DNA of 64,000 bases from Owenia fusiformis. Its lineage: Eukaryota. The position numbers and the translations under genes were made by a program. The notes under the pieces were generated by a model. The model had not been told where the DNA came from. It made no database searches and worked only from the letters and a program-made list of their open reading frames with translations. Shown in pieces: positions 27,801-38,182 of this stretch; within the stretch, counting starts at the first letter, position 1, and every line of letters starts with the position of its first letter. The stretch lies in contig CAIIXF020000001.1 in NCBI GenBank assembly GCA_903813345.2, forward strand, positions 9,672,001-9,736,000. The letters run 5' to 3'.

Positions 27801-28559
27801 TGTTCAATTAGAGATCTATATGTCTCTAGAGTGTGTGACTAAGAAGGGTGTCATATATAATTGACTGTTGATGTCATAGGCCAAGGGTAAAGTAATAGTA
27901 AGCCATATATAGAAGAGACAGGTGAACAACTCTGACTTGGACTACTTGTTAAGATGGAGATTTCAACAATATTTAGTGTATTATTTTCAAAAAGCCATGG
28001 GGAGTTGATAGAAAATTGATAGTTTGTAGCTCTTACCTAAGATTGAAACTCAGTCAGATGATATAGAGTGAATAATGCTGTCTAAAAGAGAGAATTTCTG
28101 AAAACCTGCAATTGCCTGGCAAGTTCATTAGTAAACAAGTGATCTGATTGGTCACTGCTGACCTCCCTGACCTCCAACAGTGACAATCAGTTTCAGCTTG
28201 CCAGGCAATTGCAGATATCCAGAGTTGTTGTTTTATATGCAGTATTATATGCAGTTTTTAGATAAAGATTTGAAAAAAACAATGATATAAGTTTGAAAAA
28301 CACTTTGAAGAAGATTTTGAAGAGATTTGGGAATACAATTTGATTCCAGTAAGGAGAACTAGTGCCAAGACTAAAAAAATTTGAAAAATTTTCAATCTTA
28401 CTTGTGGACCTGTCTCTTCTATATTCAGCTTACTATTACTTTTCCCTTGGCCTATGGTTGATGTACCATGCTCATTACCTCTGGGAATGGTTCCCGGGGA
28501 ATGGTTGTGAGACTCGATTCTTTAATCAGAATCTGAAGTACACGTACACTTTGTATTCT

Positions 28560-28903
28560 CACTGGCGGATTAGGGGGGGGGGCCAGGGGCCCGGGCCCCC
28601 CCCCTTGGGTGGGCCCAGAAAAAAAAAATTGGGCCCAAAAAATTTTTTGGGCCAAAAATTTTTTGGGCCAAACAAGGCCTTCAGGCCCCAAAAAGTGGGC
28701 CTTTTTGGTCATTACTGGGCCTTTTAAGGCCTTATTTGTTAATTTCAGGCCAAATTTTGAAGAAAATGGGCCTCAAAATTTCAAAATTTGGGCCCACTTT
28801 TGGATTTTAGGGGCCCAAAATTTTTTTCCGCGCAAGCGCGGACGTTTTTTCTCTGACCTGAAATTTGGGCCCCCCCCCTTGTTGGTTCCTGGATCCGCCC
28901 CTG
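28560..28903. mobile_element. GC-rich MITE with GGGCCC motifs
   Basis: Ends CACTGGCGGATTAGG / CCTGGATCCGCCCCTG, flanked by ATTCT on both sides; explains the three overlapping spurious ORFs here. Confidence 0.75.
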
Positions 28904-29109
28904 ATTCTATTGTGTTTTAGGCCTATGTTACTGTTCTAATGCGAAAGAATAAAAATGCATATTCAAGGTTCATGTTTGTCAAATGACGATATTCTGGAAT
29001 TCGGGATAGTTGCTAGACTACTGCTAGCCGTTTCTCCGGGCCCCTGCCTGTTTGACTAAAAAAGTAAATGTCAAATGGAGTATACATGCCGCCAAGGGCG
29101 TGATCACCG

Positions 29110-29322
29110 AGCTGTTCCTATTGGTCGATGCAACTTCACATTTTCCCATAGCACGCCATTTTGTTTCTCATTTTCACATATCGTAAAGAAGAAGAAAACG
29201 TGATAAATTACCACTGCAAATAGAACAACTTTTGATATAAGTCGACTACATACCGAATATTGACGATCACACAGTCTATAATCACAGCTATTATTCTGAT
29301 AAGGCTGTTAAATTAGGTAAGA
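29110..29322 (+). promoter_or_regulatory. Putative promoter and non-coding first exon of the ZIP gene
   Basis: Reverse CCAAT box (ATTGG 29120-29124), YY1-type CGCCATTTTG (29154-29163), locally raised CpG, and a good donor AG|GTAAGA at 29316/29317. The first coding exon starts with an acceptor (38163/38164) 19 nt before the ATG, so an upstream exon is expected. Confidence 0.55.
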
Positions 29323-30404
29323 TATAGGCAGACAGTTTCGTGTTTCATTCTTTGTCCAGGACTTATGATCGTCTTTTATGATCACTTTCAACTGTTCATC
29401 CTGATGTAATCGACAAAGGGATACAGTCAGTAATGACATCGTATTCACACCTGAGTTTGGCGTGAGTTATGACAGCGTTTGCCTAAAATACGGACAGTTT
29501 GTAAGTATCGATGTGTACTGTTTATCAATTTAAATTTCTAAACATTTAAGGTATCTCCGTATGTTCAGAAATTTAATGGCTTCCTATTGGAGCACATAAT
29601 ATTTTCAGGTACATATATATCATTTCATACAACGTCTTTATCTTTCAGTCTTGCACAAAGAGTACATAAATGTATGTAGAGTCCTACATTGTTAGTTATT
29701 ATGTTAATAATTTTCTATATGTATGACAATTTAGAATTTAGTGACTGATTTTCAAAATGTAGGTCACTGAGTTTTCCAGAACATTCTTCTCAAATTCAAG
29801 ATGGCCGAAACAGAAAACACATTCTTTAGCATATTTTGTTCATTAAAATGTATGTCTTTCAGTTTGACATCATCTCAATTTTGTTTTTCTAACCTATTGT
29901 TTATATGAGGAAGCTTACTATGGAATTTATAAACAGAAACACTTAACATGTTCTAATGAGAATTTGAGCCCCTCAAAATACAACAGAACAAAGGAGAAAA
30001 AGAATACCATGGGAAAGTTCCATAGACATTTTTGGAAATTTCTTAAAATCATCATTAAAATAAGCCCCCAAAACAAACAAGCTTGAGAATTTTGAGATAG
30101 TTCTTAAAAATTGAAAAAAAGAAAAAACTGTTTTGAGAATTACACATTTTTCCTTTGTTTCCAAAAGTACAAAAAACAGGCCTGACTGAATTTTGTCATT
30201 TTCATACATTCTATATAAAAATCTTCTTTAGACACTTTGAGATACATAAGTGCACTCTTTGTGCAAAACTGAAAAATGTAAATAATTTGGGAAAGGAGGA
30301 TTGAAAAGTAACATGTGACTATGAGGATTGCATCAAAATGGCCGAAAGTATACATTCACCTTACTTGTCATTCTTTTTCATCTTCAGTCGTTTTTAACTA
30401 CTGT

Positions 30405-30690
30405 ATTTGTTGGTTGGTTTGTTAATTGGTTGGTTATTTGGTTTATTGGTTGGTTGTCCGGTTAGTTTGTTGCTTGTCTGTTTGGCTGAGTATCTGAATG
30501 TCTAGTTGCTTGATTTCCTGATTGATTATCTGATTGCTTGCTCAAGGTAAGTGGCTTGCATGGCTACCTTTTCATTTGCTTGCTTGGTTTCGTGCTTGCT
30601 TGTTGGGCTACTTTATTGGTTGCTAATTTAGTTGCTTGCTTCTTTATTCGGTTGTTTGTTTGATTTTTCTTGGTTATTTGCTTGGTTTTT
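30405..30690. repeat. Degenerate tetranucleotide microsatellite (TTGG/TTGC/TTGT)
   Basis: Visible low-complexity TTGN tract. Confidence 0.75.
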
Positions 30691-31120
30691 TGTGAACATT
30701 TCCTGAACTTTCTTGAACTTAGAAACAACAGATTGAGTGTTCTCTTACCCATAATTGGAACTAAAATAGTATTTTATGGGAATTATGAAAGTACGGCAGG
30801 AACCTAATCAATTGTTGCCATAGCAACAATTTCTGAAAAACCTGTTGGTCATAAACTTTTGTTAATTATTGAATACTTTGTTTGACTGGCTTGAAATATT
30901 TTAGAAAAATCAGTGACCATGCAGACTCATTATCACAGTTCGTGAAAAATGGTAATTGAGTCGGGACCTCTGAAGGATTTTATCACCTACATGTGCTTTG
31001 AACTTCAAGAAATGATACACATAAATTACCTCTATTCAATCAATTTAATGATATAAAGAGACATCATAGCACTATTCAAATAAAAATTTATGTATGAACT
31101 CAGACAATAGAGTATCACGC

Positions 31121-31392
31121 GGTACCAACTTTCATAGCGTATCGAAATCTACTACTCCATGAAAAACCGTTAATTTGAATTTTTGACCTACCAGGTGTTT
31201 GGAAATTAGGATTGTGAATCTCATACTGCACTGTTTTTCTTCAAACTCATTTTATTAAAATCAAAACAAAAATGCCTTTCTGTTGGTACATTACTCTTTT
31301 ATACAGAGTCTCTCCATTTAATGGTATTCAAGTCCAAAGCTGTGAGAAACTGCAAATTTCGGTAGGTCTAGATACGCTATGAAAGTTTGACC
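31121..31392. mobile_element. MITE-like inverted repeat
   Basis: AACTTTCATAGCGTATC (31127) and GATACGCTATGAAAGTT (31371) form 17-bp perfect arms; no TSD established. Confidence 0.6.
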
Positions 31393-31420
31393 TATGTGAA
31401 TATTAGTATTATGGAAATAA

Positions 31421-32577
31421 GATTTGATTTGATTTGATTTGATTTGAAAACTATATTTATTCTGGGTAGCTCTATCAGTACAAAAACTGGTCTTCCTAGA
31501 GGCCCAGTAATAATTTACAATTATTTACAATGTGTACAATAAATATAGAAACATACAAATAGATATATAGGACATATAGAACAATTTGATATATATGCAT
31601 CTTCAAAGTATGCATTTACATGAAACATAGAGAACAACTTATAAGAGAATTACATGAATATAAGGAACAATGTCTTTAAATAATGCATTTACATGATTTT
31701 CATTTTCTGATCTGATACACTTGTTTATATGCTTTCTTAAAAGAGTTTACAGAATCAGACTCTTTGACAGTCTTATCAAGCTTGTTCCAAAGATGTGAAC
31801 CACTGTATGATATGCTTTTCTTAAATATTTCAAGTTTTGGTTTTGGTACATAAAGTGAATTTTCCACAACTGCTCTAGTGGCATAATTATGTATGGACTT
31901 TGTCTCTTTGAAACATTTTTGAATATATGGGGGAGAGATGCCTGAAATGGCCTGGTACATTAAAATTGATTTCCTATATCTAATCATTTCCTGAATTGGA
32001 GTCCAATTTAGGGACTGAAATAAAGTGACACTTGAAATATCAAAATTAGCTCTCAGTATAATTCGTGCTGCCATCTTTTGAAGTTTCTCTAGTCTAGTCA
32101 GATAGATTTTATTAGAACATTCTCCCCAGACAATTGAGCAGTAATTAAATTCTGGTAATATGATTGTATTATAAATTGTGATGAGTGCTTCCTTTGAAAC
32201 AAATGGTTTAAGCCTTCTTAAAATACCTATCTTACAAGAAATCTTTGAACAAAGCTTTTCAATATGTACTTTGAATGCTAATTTGTCGTCCACAATAACA
32301 CCTAAATATTTATAAGTTTCAACATTTTCAATCACATTATTTGATATTGTTATGGTATCTTCATCATTTCCATACTTTGAGGTATTTCCTATTTTCATTA
32401 ATTTTGTTTTACTATAGTTTAAATTCATCTTATTACATTTCATCCATTCATCAATACAGTTAATATCATTTTGAAGTAGTGTATGAAGAGATGGTACATC
32501 ACAAGTTGACCTAGTTAAAGTAGTATCATCTGCAAACAGTCTGATGCAATAGCTGCTAAGATTGAGTTGAGGCAAAA
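31421..32577 (-). mobile_element. 5'-truncated non-LTR retrotransposon (CR1/L2/Crack group) with RT C-terminal half, 3' UTR and (AAATC)n tail
   Basis: ORF 31700-32575 has LFADDT, LNYSKTK, YKYLGVIVD and IYNTIILPEFNYCSIVW motifs. AATAAA near the end followed by (AAATC)5 at 31421-31446. Confidence 0.92.
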
Positions 32578-34949
32578 GAAAATAGGTTCATGGAAACATG
32601 TAAAGAAGATTTCAAAATTGAAATAAATTAGATTTGATCTCTATCGCCGAATGTCAGGTGATAAACACCTCATTTAATAGGAAAGTTCAATCAGAAAATG
32701 TTAATTCTTTGCATAATAAATATAAATGTCTAAGTACTAAAAAATAAAATTCATATTGAGAATTCAAATTCTTCTAAAAACTATCAAAAAATATGTAATA
32801 TTTGCTAATGCTAGACTATTGGCTTCTTATAAGTAAAAATAGAAGCCATCATTATTATTCAATGTTTGATAACACCAACTAGTAGTAAGTTTGTCAATGT
32901 AAAAATCATTGGAATCAAATTTTGAATTACTTTCACACATAACATGATGTCAAAATCCAGCCAATTAAAACATAGTAATTCAAATGATCTGCATTTTTGA
33001 TTTATAACAGACAACATGACTATTTTTCAATTCAGTGAAATTGCTAATCTTGATCAATTAATTAAGTTATTATAAGGGCAATGCAGGTGCTTTTGTGGGT
33101 CAGGCTCCTTTATTATAAGTTTGATACAATTACTTTTAAACTGTATATGATTGATTGTGGTAAACATTGTAGCAAACAAATTGATAAGTAAATATTTAAA
33201 GTAAATTTTGAGTTTTGATAAATATAAGTCCACGGTGACAATTTTACACATATGCTGCGTTCACATTACAAGAATATAAAATAGGACAAGGGATTGGTTC
33301 AACCCAATGATAACATTCACATATCAGGCTTTATTTTGTGTTTATGTGAAATGCTTAGCAGCTATTCAATGTAATATCTAACTTCTGGTAAGAAAGTTTT
33401 TATATTTTTTAATTATGAACTATATGTATAATTGTAAAATATTTCTTGTTGTTTAAATGCATTGAAGGACTGTTTATTAAGGTAGATCTTTATGATAGGA
33501 ATTGCTATAATTTTCATGATAATGAAATAAGTAGTGTTTTTCACATTTTTATGGACATCAGCTCTAATGACATTTTATTCTACAAATGCTTACCAAATGG
33601 CTCTTACAAAAGTTATAGTTTACACTTCTCTTTTTATGAAAATCAATGTAACATGTACATAGGTTATAGCGGCTATGACCCCCAGGAGGAAGTATTTGGT
33701 GCCAGATAATGGTACATAAAGATTTATGATGTGTGGTAGGAAATGTACATGGAATTGTATGCAATATTTTAAGTTTGCGCCATGGTAAATAATGATCAAA
33801 ACTAAGTGTTTTAAGGTCAGGATGCACTTCGAGGAAATTTCATGACCATGTGCTATAAACATCACTCCTTCCAAACATCATCTACATCTTTCATTCTTGC
33901 ACAAAAGATGCATTAGTTTACCTAGACTATTAATTGAGGGTTGATAATTCTTCAGAATGTTTGAATAACTAGAATATTCAGTGGTTTACTTTTTAAAATT
34001 GCAAAAAAATTCCTAAGTGCACTCTGGCCTTAATAGAAATGGTTGTTTGTCTCTTCTACAAAAACAGGTGCATAACAATGACATTGGTATGAGAAGTAAC
34101 AGAAATATACCAATATATAATATCAAGATAACATTATAAAATATAAACGGCTAACATATGTGAGGTTTAACAGTAGTCCAAGGAACTAATCTGTCAAGTT
34201 ATAGATTGAAATAAGAATATGTGTTATAAAATACATGTATCTTTGAATTAACACCTGTTTTTTCTAGATTTGGAAATGGATAGGTTTCAATAAAAAATGA
34301 GAGAACCTCGAGTACAGGGCTGGCTGAAGGAATGTTAAGCAAGATGGCGATCTTGTTTCCTCTCTTCTTTCTCTTACTAAAATACAACCCAATCAAAACT
34401 TGCTGCAGTATTTGCAGCAGCTGGCAATTTATAAGGAAATTGAAGCAGCATATGATAAACAGGAAATGGTAATATGCAGATGACATTGGATTTTATCTGC
34501 AGTATTACATTCAAAACCATATGCATCTGAACATCTAGTAGAGTTGTCCTGAAAAGAAAATTTACAGTTGATTTTCTTTTCATCTACTATCTGTTCCAGT
34601 GCCTCTGTTCAAACCTGTGATGTCGCTATTTGCTGAAACCACCTTCACCTAGGACCTTAGTGCTGTGTAAATATTATTAACACACATATGGAAGATTAAA
34701 AGAGTTCAAAATCCAATGAACTCCAAAATCTTGGGACTTGATATAGTTTTTGACAGTGTAGCATAAGAATACCAGTTGAGCAGATTTAACCTTCATGATA
34801 AACCATGACATCTCATTTCTTCTCAGCCTGTAACCATGTTTCAGGTGAAATAGAAAGATGCTATGAGTATCAGAATGCAGATTACCGTACTACTATAAAC
34901 TGAAGTTCGTCCAGCCCTTCTATCCCTCCTTGTGTGGTAGGTTTTATCA

Positions 34950-35123
34950 ATAATGTCACCACCAGAAGTGTTGACATATTTTAATAGTCTCCAACTTTTT
35001 GTGGATGGTGATTGATAGTTGGCATTCAGTGGTTGGTGGTAGGTGTTTGTTAGTTGGTGGTAGGTGGTTGCAAAATGTAACAATTGGCAGGTGGTGACAT
35101 TTTGCATGTTGATGCCTTGTTTA
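34950..35123 (+). mobile_element. Short degenerate Helentron/DINE-1-like element, family C
   Basis: ATGTCACCACC...GGTGGTGACAT subterminal IRs, a TGG-rich tract and a GCATGTTGATGC hairpin followed by CTTGTTT, as in 44396-45848. Confidence 0.7.
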
Positions 35124-35562
35124 TTCTTTGAGGGAGGGTAAATGAGTAGACAATGACACTAGATCTATTTGGGCGAACAGTCTGATATGTGCAGATCATA
35201 TAAGAAGAATTAGCTATACTGTAGATCTGGAGGAGGTGATGAATATACATAAGAATATAGCAATGCTTTTGAACAGTTCTACGAGGCCATAGATAGGACA
35301 ATTTGAGAAAGCCTGCTTTCTATAACCTCAAGTAACCCCCACACACATATCCTACCATCTCTTCACCTCATAAGGTGATAGTTGAATATGTAGTATGTTC
35401 AAACATATCATTTTACAATCTAAAACAGAGAAACTGCAACTCTTTACTGAATGTTAATTCCATATCAGCTCAGCCTTACATAGAGAGTGCAAATGACATA
35501 TTTAATTGTGTGTAGTCTTATAAAAAACAACTTGTAGAACACATATTTGTCTTGAATGTTAA

Positions 35563-36050
35563 AGCTGGACTGCGCTCCGAAACGCAATCTTGGGTTGTTT
35601 CGGGGGTGAACTTTATCATTTTGAGCCTAATGAAAGATTATAGAATGATGAACAAATGGGGCAAATCTTGTGTAGAAATACTTACGATAAATGTGTAATT
35701 TCAAAGATTATTCATTGAATTGCTTCGATCGGCGCCGACGATATGATTTTGGAAAAGTTTCTAAATGAAGAACGTGACGTCACTTCCGAATCATAGCATT
35801 CAAAATAAGTAGCGTTTAATTACTTCTAACATTCATAAGAAGACGGTGGTCTAGGGGTACAATTCACGCTTAGCACGCCGGAGGCCCGGGTTCGAATCCC
35901 GCACTCGCCTTTTTATTTTTTTAACTAAATGATTGTTCTTTGATATAACGCAGAAAAAAACAATTTTTATTTACATAAACTTTATATTAGAGCTTAAAAA
36001 TGTAAAAACAATATATGTCAACATATTGCGTTTTGGAGCGATGTGCAGGT
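35563..36050. mobile_element. TTAA-flanked (Kolobok-like) MITE carrying a tRNA-like sequence
   Basis: TTAA|AGCTGGACTGCGCTCCGAAACGCAAT ... ATTGCGTTTTGGAGCGATGTGCAGGT|TTAA; imperfect TIRs of about 26 bp. Confidence 0.75.
35840..35909 (+). pseudogene. tRNA-Pro-like pseudogene / Pol III cassette
   Basis: A box TGGTCTAGGGG (35847-35857), B box GGTTCGAATCC (35889-35899), intact T arm CGGG-TTCGAAT-CCCG and an oligo-T run right after. Backbone resembles eukaryotic tRNA-Pro, but the acceptor and anticodon stems do not pair properly. Confidence 0.75.
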
Positions 36051-36420
36051 TTAAGATTAAAGCTAAGATGACCAAAAACTCTATACCCACCTATGAAATT
36101 CAAACAGTTTGCTTTTCAATTTCTTTTTTTCAATTGACATACTATAAAAGGATATCATGCAGGTTTCAGACAGGCATATAAATATTTAATAAAAATGGGG
36201 TAAACATTACAATGTGGTCTGATCAACATTTTGAGATTTTCTTTAAGCCATGTTTATACAGGATTTTCTTGAAGCCGTGTTTATACAACATGTGTGTTGG
36301 TATATCCTTTTTACTTTCCTTTTTCCTGCTTTTCATATTTGGTTTACACTCAGCTCCCCAGAATGGGATATGTCCCCATAGCATGTCTAAAGTTTTGTAC
36401 ATATGTATTTTATGAATTAA

Positions 36421-36792
36421 AGAGAGAATCAGATATAGCGAGCAGGCTAAACAAAAAATTGTTTCAATTTTAGAATATTTTTGGCTTATGTCATTCCTTG
36501 TCATGTCTATTTTCTAAAAATCACAAAAGTGCATACTTTATTTCAGGAAAACTAAAGATTTTTACAATAATGTATTATTTTTTTATAAGAATGGTTACCA
36601 TTCTTATTATTTGGGAGAATTTAAACATTTTTCACCCATTTTTGCACTTTGAATCATTAATAACTTCACCAATTTACAACATATTGTGAATCTTTTGGGA
36701 GATATTGTATTTGATATTGTAACAAATAGATTGGTAGGTCAATTATACATGTTGCTTGTAATTTTGTCACCCCTATAGATCAGATTCTGCCT
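36421..36792. mobile_element. TTAA-flanked (Kolobok-like) MITE
   Basis: TTAA|AGAGAGAATCAGATATAG ... CTATAGATCAGATTCTGCCT|TTAA; a related shorter inverted copy at 50381-50598. Confidence 0.7.
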
Positions 36793-38182
36793 TTAAGGTT
36801 AATAATATTTGTTTTTGTGCTTACCAAGTATTACCAAGTATTTATATAATGTTACAATGAGGGTGGATTGTGTTTATATTTATATAATGTTTTAGCCTAG
36901 TCACCCATTTTTAGCAAGGATTGTATATTGAATTCAGCTTTGATAGTTACACTTTTGTAATGGCGGCAACTCATGTCATGATAATTTCCCTCAATTTTTT
37001 GAAAATAATGCTCTGTGATTATCTTTCAACGGATTGCTTCTAACATTTTACAACCTTTGTCCCATCTAATTCCTTTAATGCCTTGTTTAATTATGGCTTC
37101 ACATTTGATTCACATTTTCACATATCGGCCAAGCCTTGATCAATGAGGAGATTAATAATGCAACCGCTTTGTGCCTAAAAGTAAATTCCCTGCATTCCCA
37201 AATTGATTACTCTGAATACAAAAGTAATACTTGGTTAAATCTATTTATAAATACAAAGCGTTAGCAAAAGCAATTGATAAATACTTAGTAGAGTGTTCTG
37301 AATCATAAAGGTGAATAGAGAAATATGCCGAGACTTATATGACATCTGAGCTTTTGTTAAAATGCAAAGATTTCTAAAAAAATTATTTCTTTGCTTCCTT
37401 TATCAAATACATAGAAAATGTTATATTTCATCAAAGGCCTCCACATCTGTAGGTAAAGGTCCTCATAAACTGGTTACCCTGAATGTCACTCTGTCATAGC
37501 TGTATTATTAGGTACAAAAAGTACCTTTAGAACCTTTCTTATGGAGCTGTCAAACTGAGACTGTGTGGGCTCACTGTTCGCCAAGGTGTGAATAATTTTG
37601 GACAGACATCAAACTGTATTAAGTCTAGCTACAAGCTCTTGTGACCCCCCCCCCACTGCTTGACTCCACACCTTCTCACTCAAATGTGGGTAAAGAAACA
37701 GGCTCTTGAAGTAAGACAAGATCAGTGTTCATAGAAGAGGATCTAATGTAGGGTGAATGACTCAAAAGTTCATGACATGTTAAGCATGTATCATTATGGT
37801 GATTTAGTGTTAATTTTAACGTGGTATTTTGGTCCAGACTGAGGTTTTATACAGCATTTTCATATTGATTTATTTCTTTTTAACCTCTTAATGTCATTAA
37901 GACATTTAAGTATTTTACGGCTGCCGACCATAGCGACATTTACGTCATTTACCGCTGCCCACCATAGCGACATTTATGTCGTTTTGACACATGAAATCAT
38001 CAAAAGGAAAATAATCGTCAATAGCTTTATTCTACCAGGTTTTCCTACGTGTTTATCCAACTGGAAAACTCTGGTTCATGATGACATTTCCAATAAATAA
38101 AGCAAACCAGTAAAAGCTAAACAGTTTAATTCATTCATTTCTTTCTATATTTGTACTTTGCAGGTAACCGCAAGACGGCAAA

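Larger units (their letters stand above)
14303..28371. repeat. Tandem triplication of a 4689-bp unit
   Basis: Units start at 14303, 18992 and 23681 (ACAGTTATACAAGAAATG) and the array ends at 28371. The ORF track shows identical peptides at exact 4689-bp offsets. There is a 2-bp AC microhomology at the junction. Confidence 0.98.

Noticed and set aside
28362-28920. Overlapping Gly/Pro/Lys-rich ORFs
   Set aside because: They arise from the GC-rich GGGCCC MITE.
30251-35577. Metal-response elements (TGCRCNC) at about 30251, 34017, 35485 and 35571
   Set aside because: Scattered single 7-mers at about chance frequency and not clustered at the putative promoter; MTF-1 control cannot be supported.
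35840-35909. Functional tRNA-Ala(AGC) or tRNA-Pro gene
   Set aside because: Acceptor stem and anticodon stem do not pair; treated as a pseudogene inside a MITE.
38161-38169. AG|GTAACC as a recursive splice site
   Set aside because: AG|GT is also present at two other ordinary acceptors of this gene (46801, 48575), and the donor match is weak.
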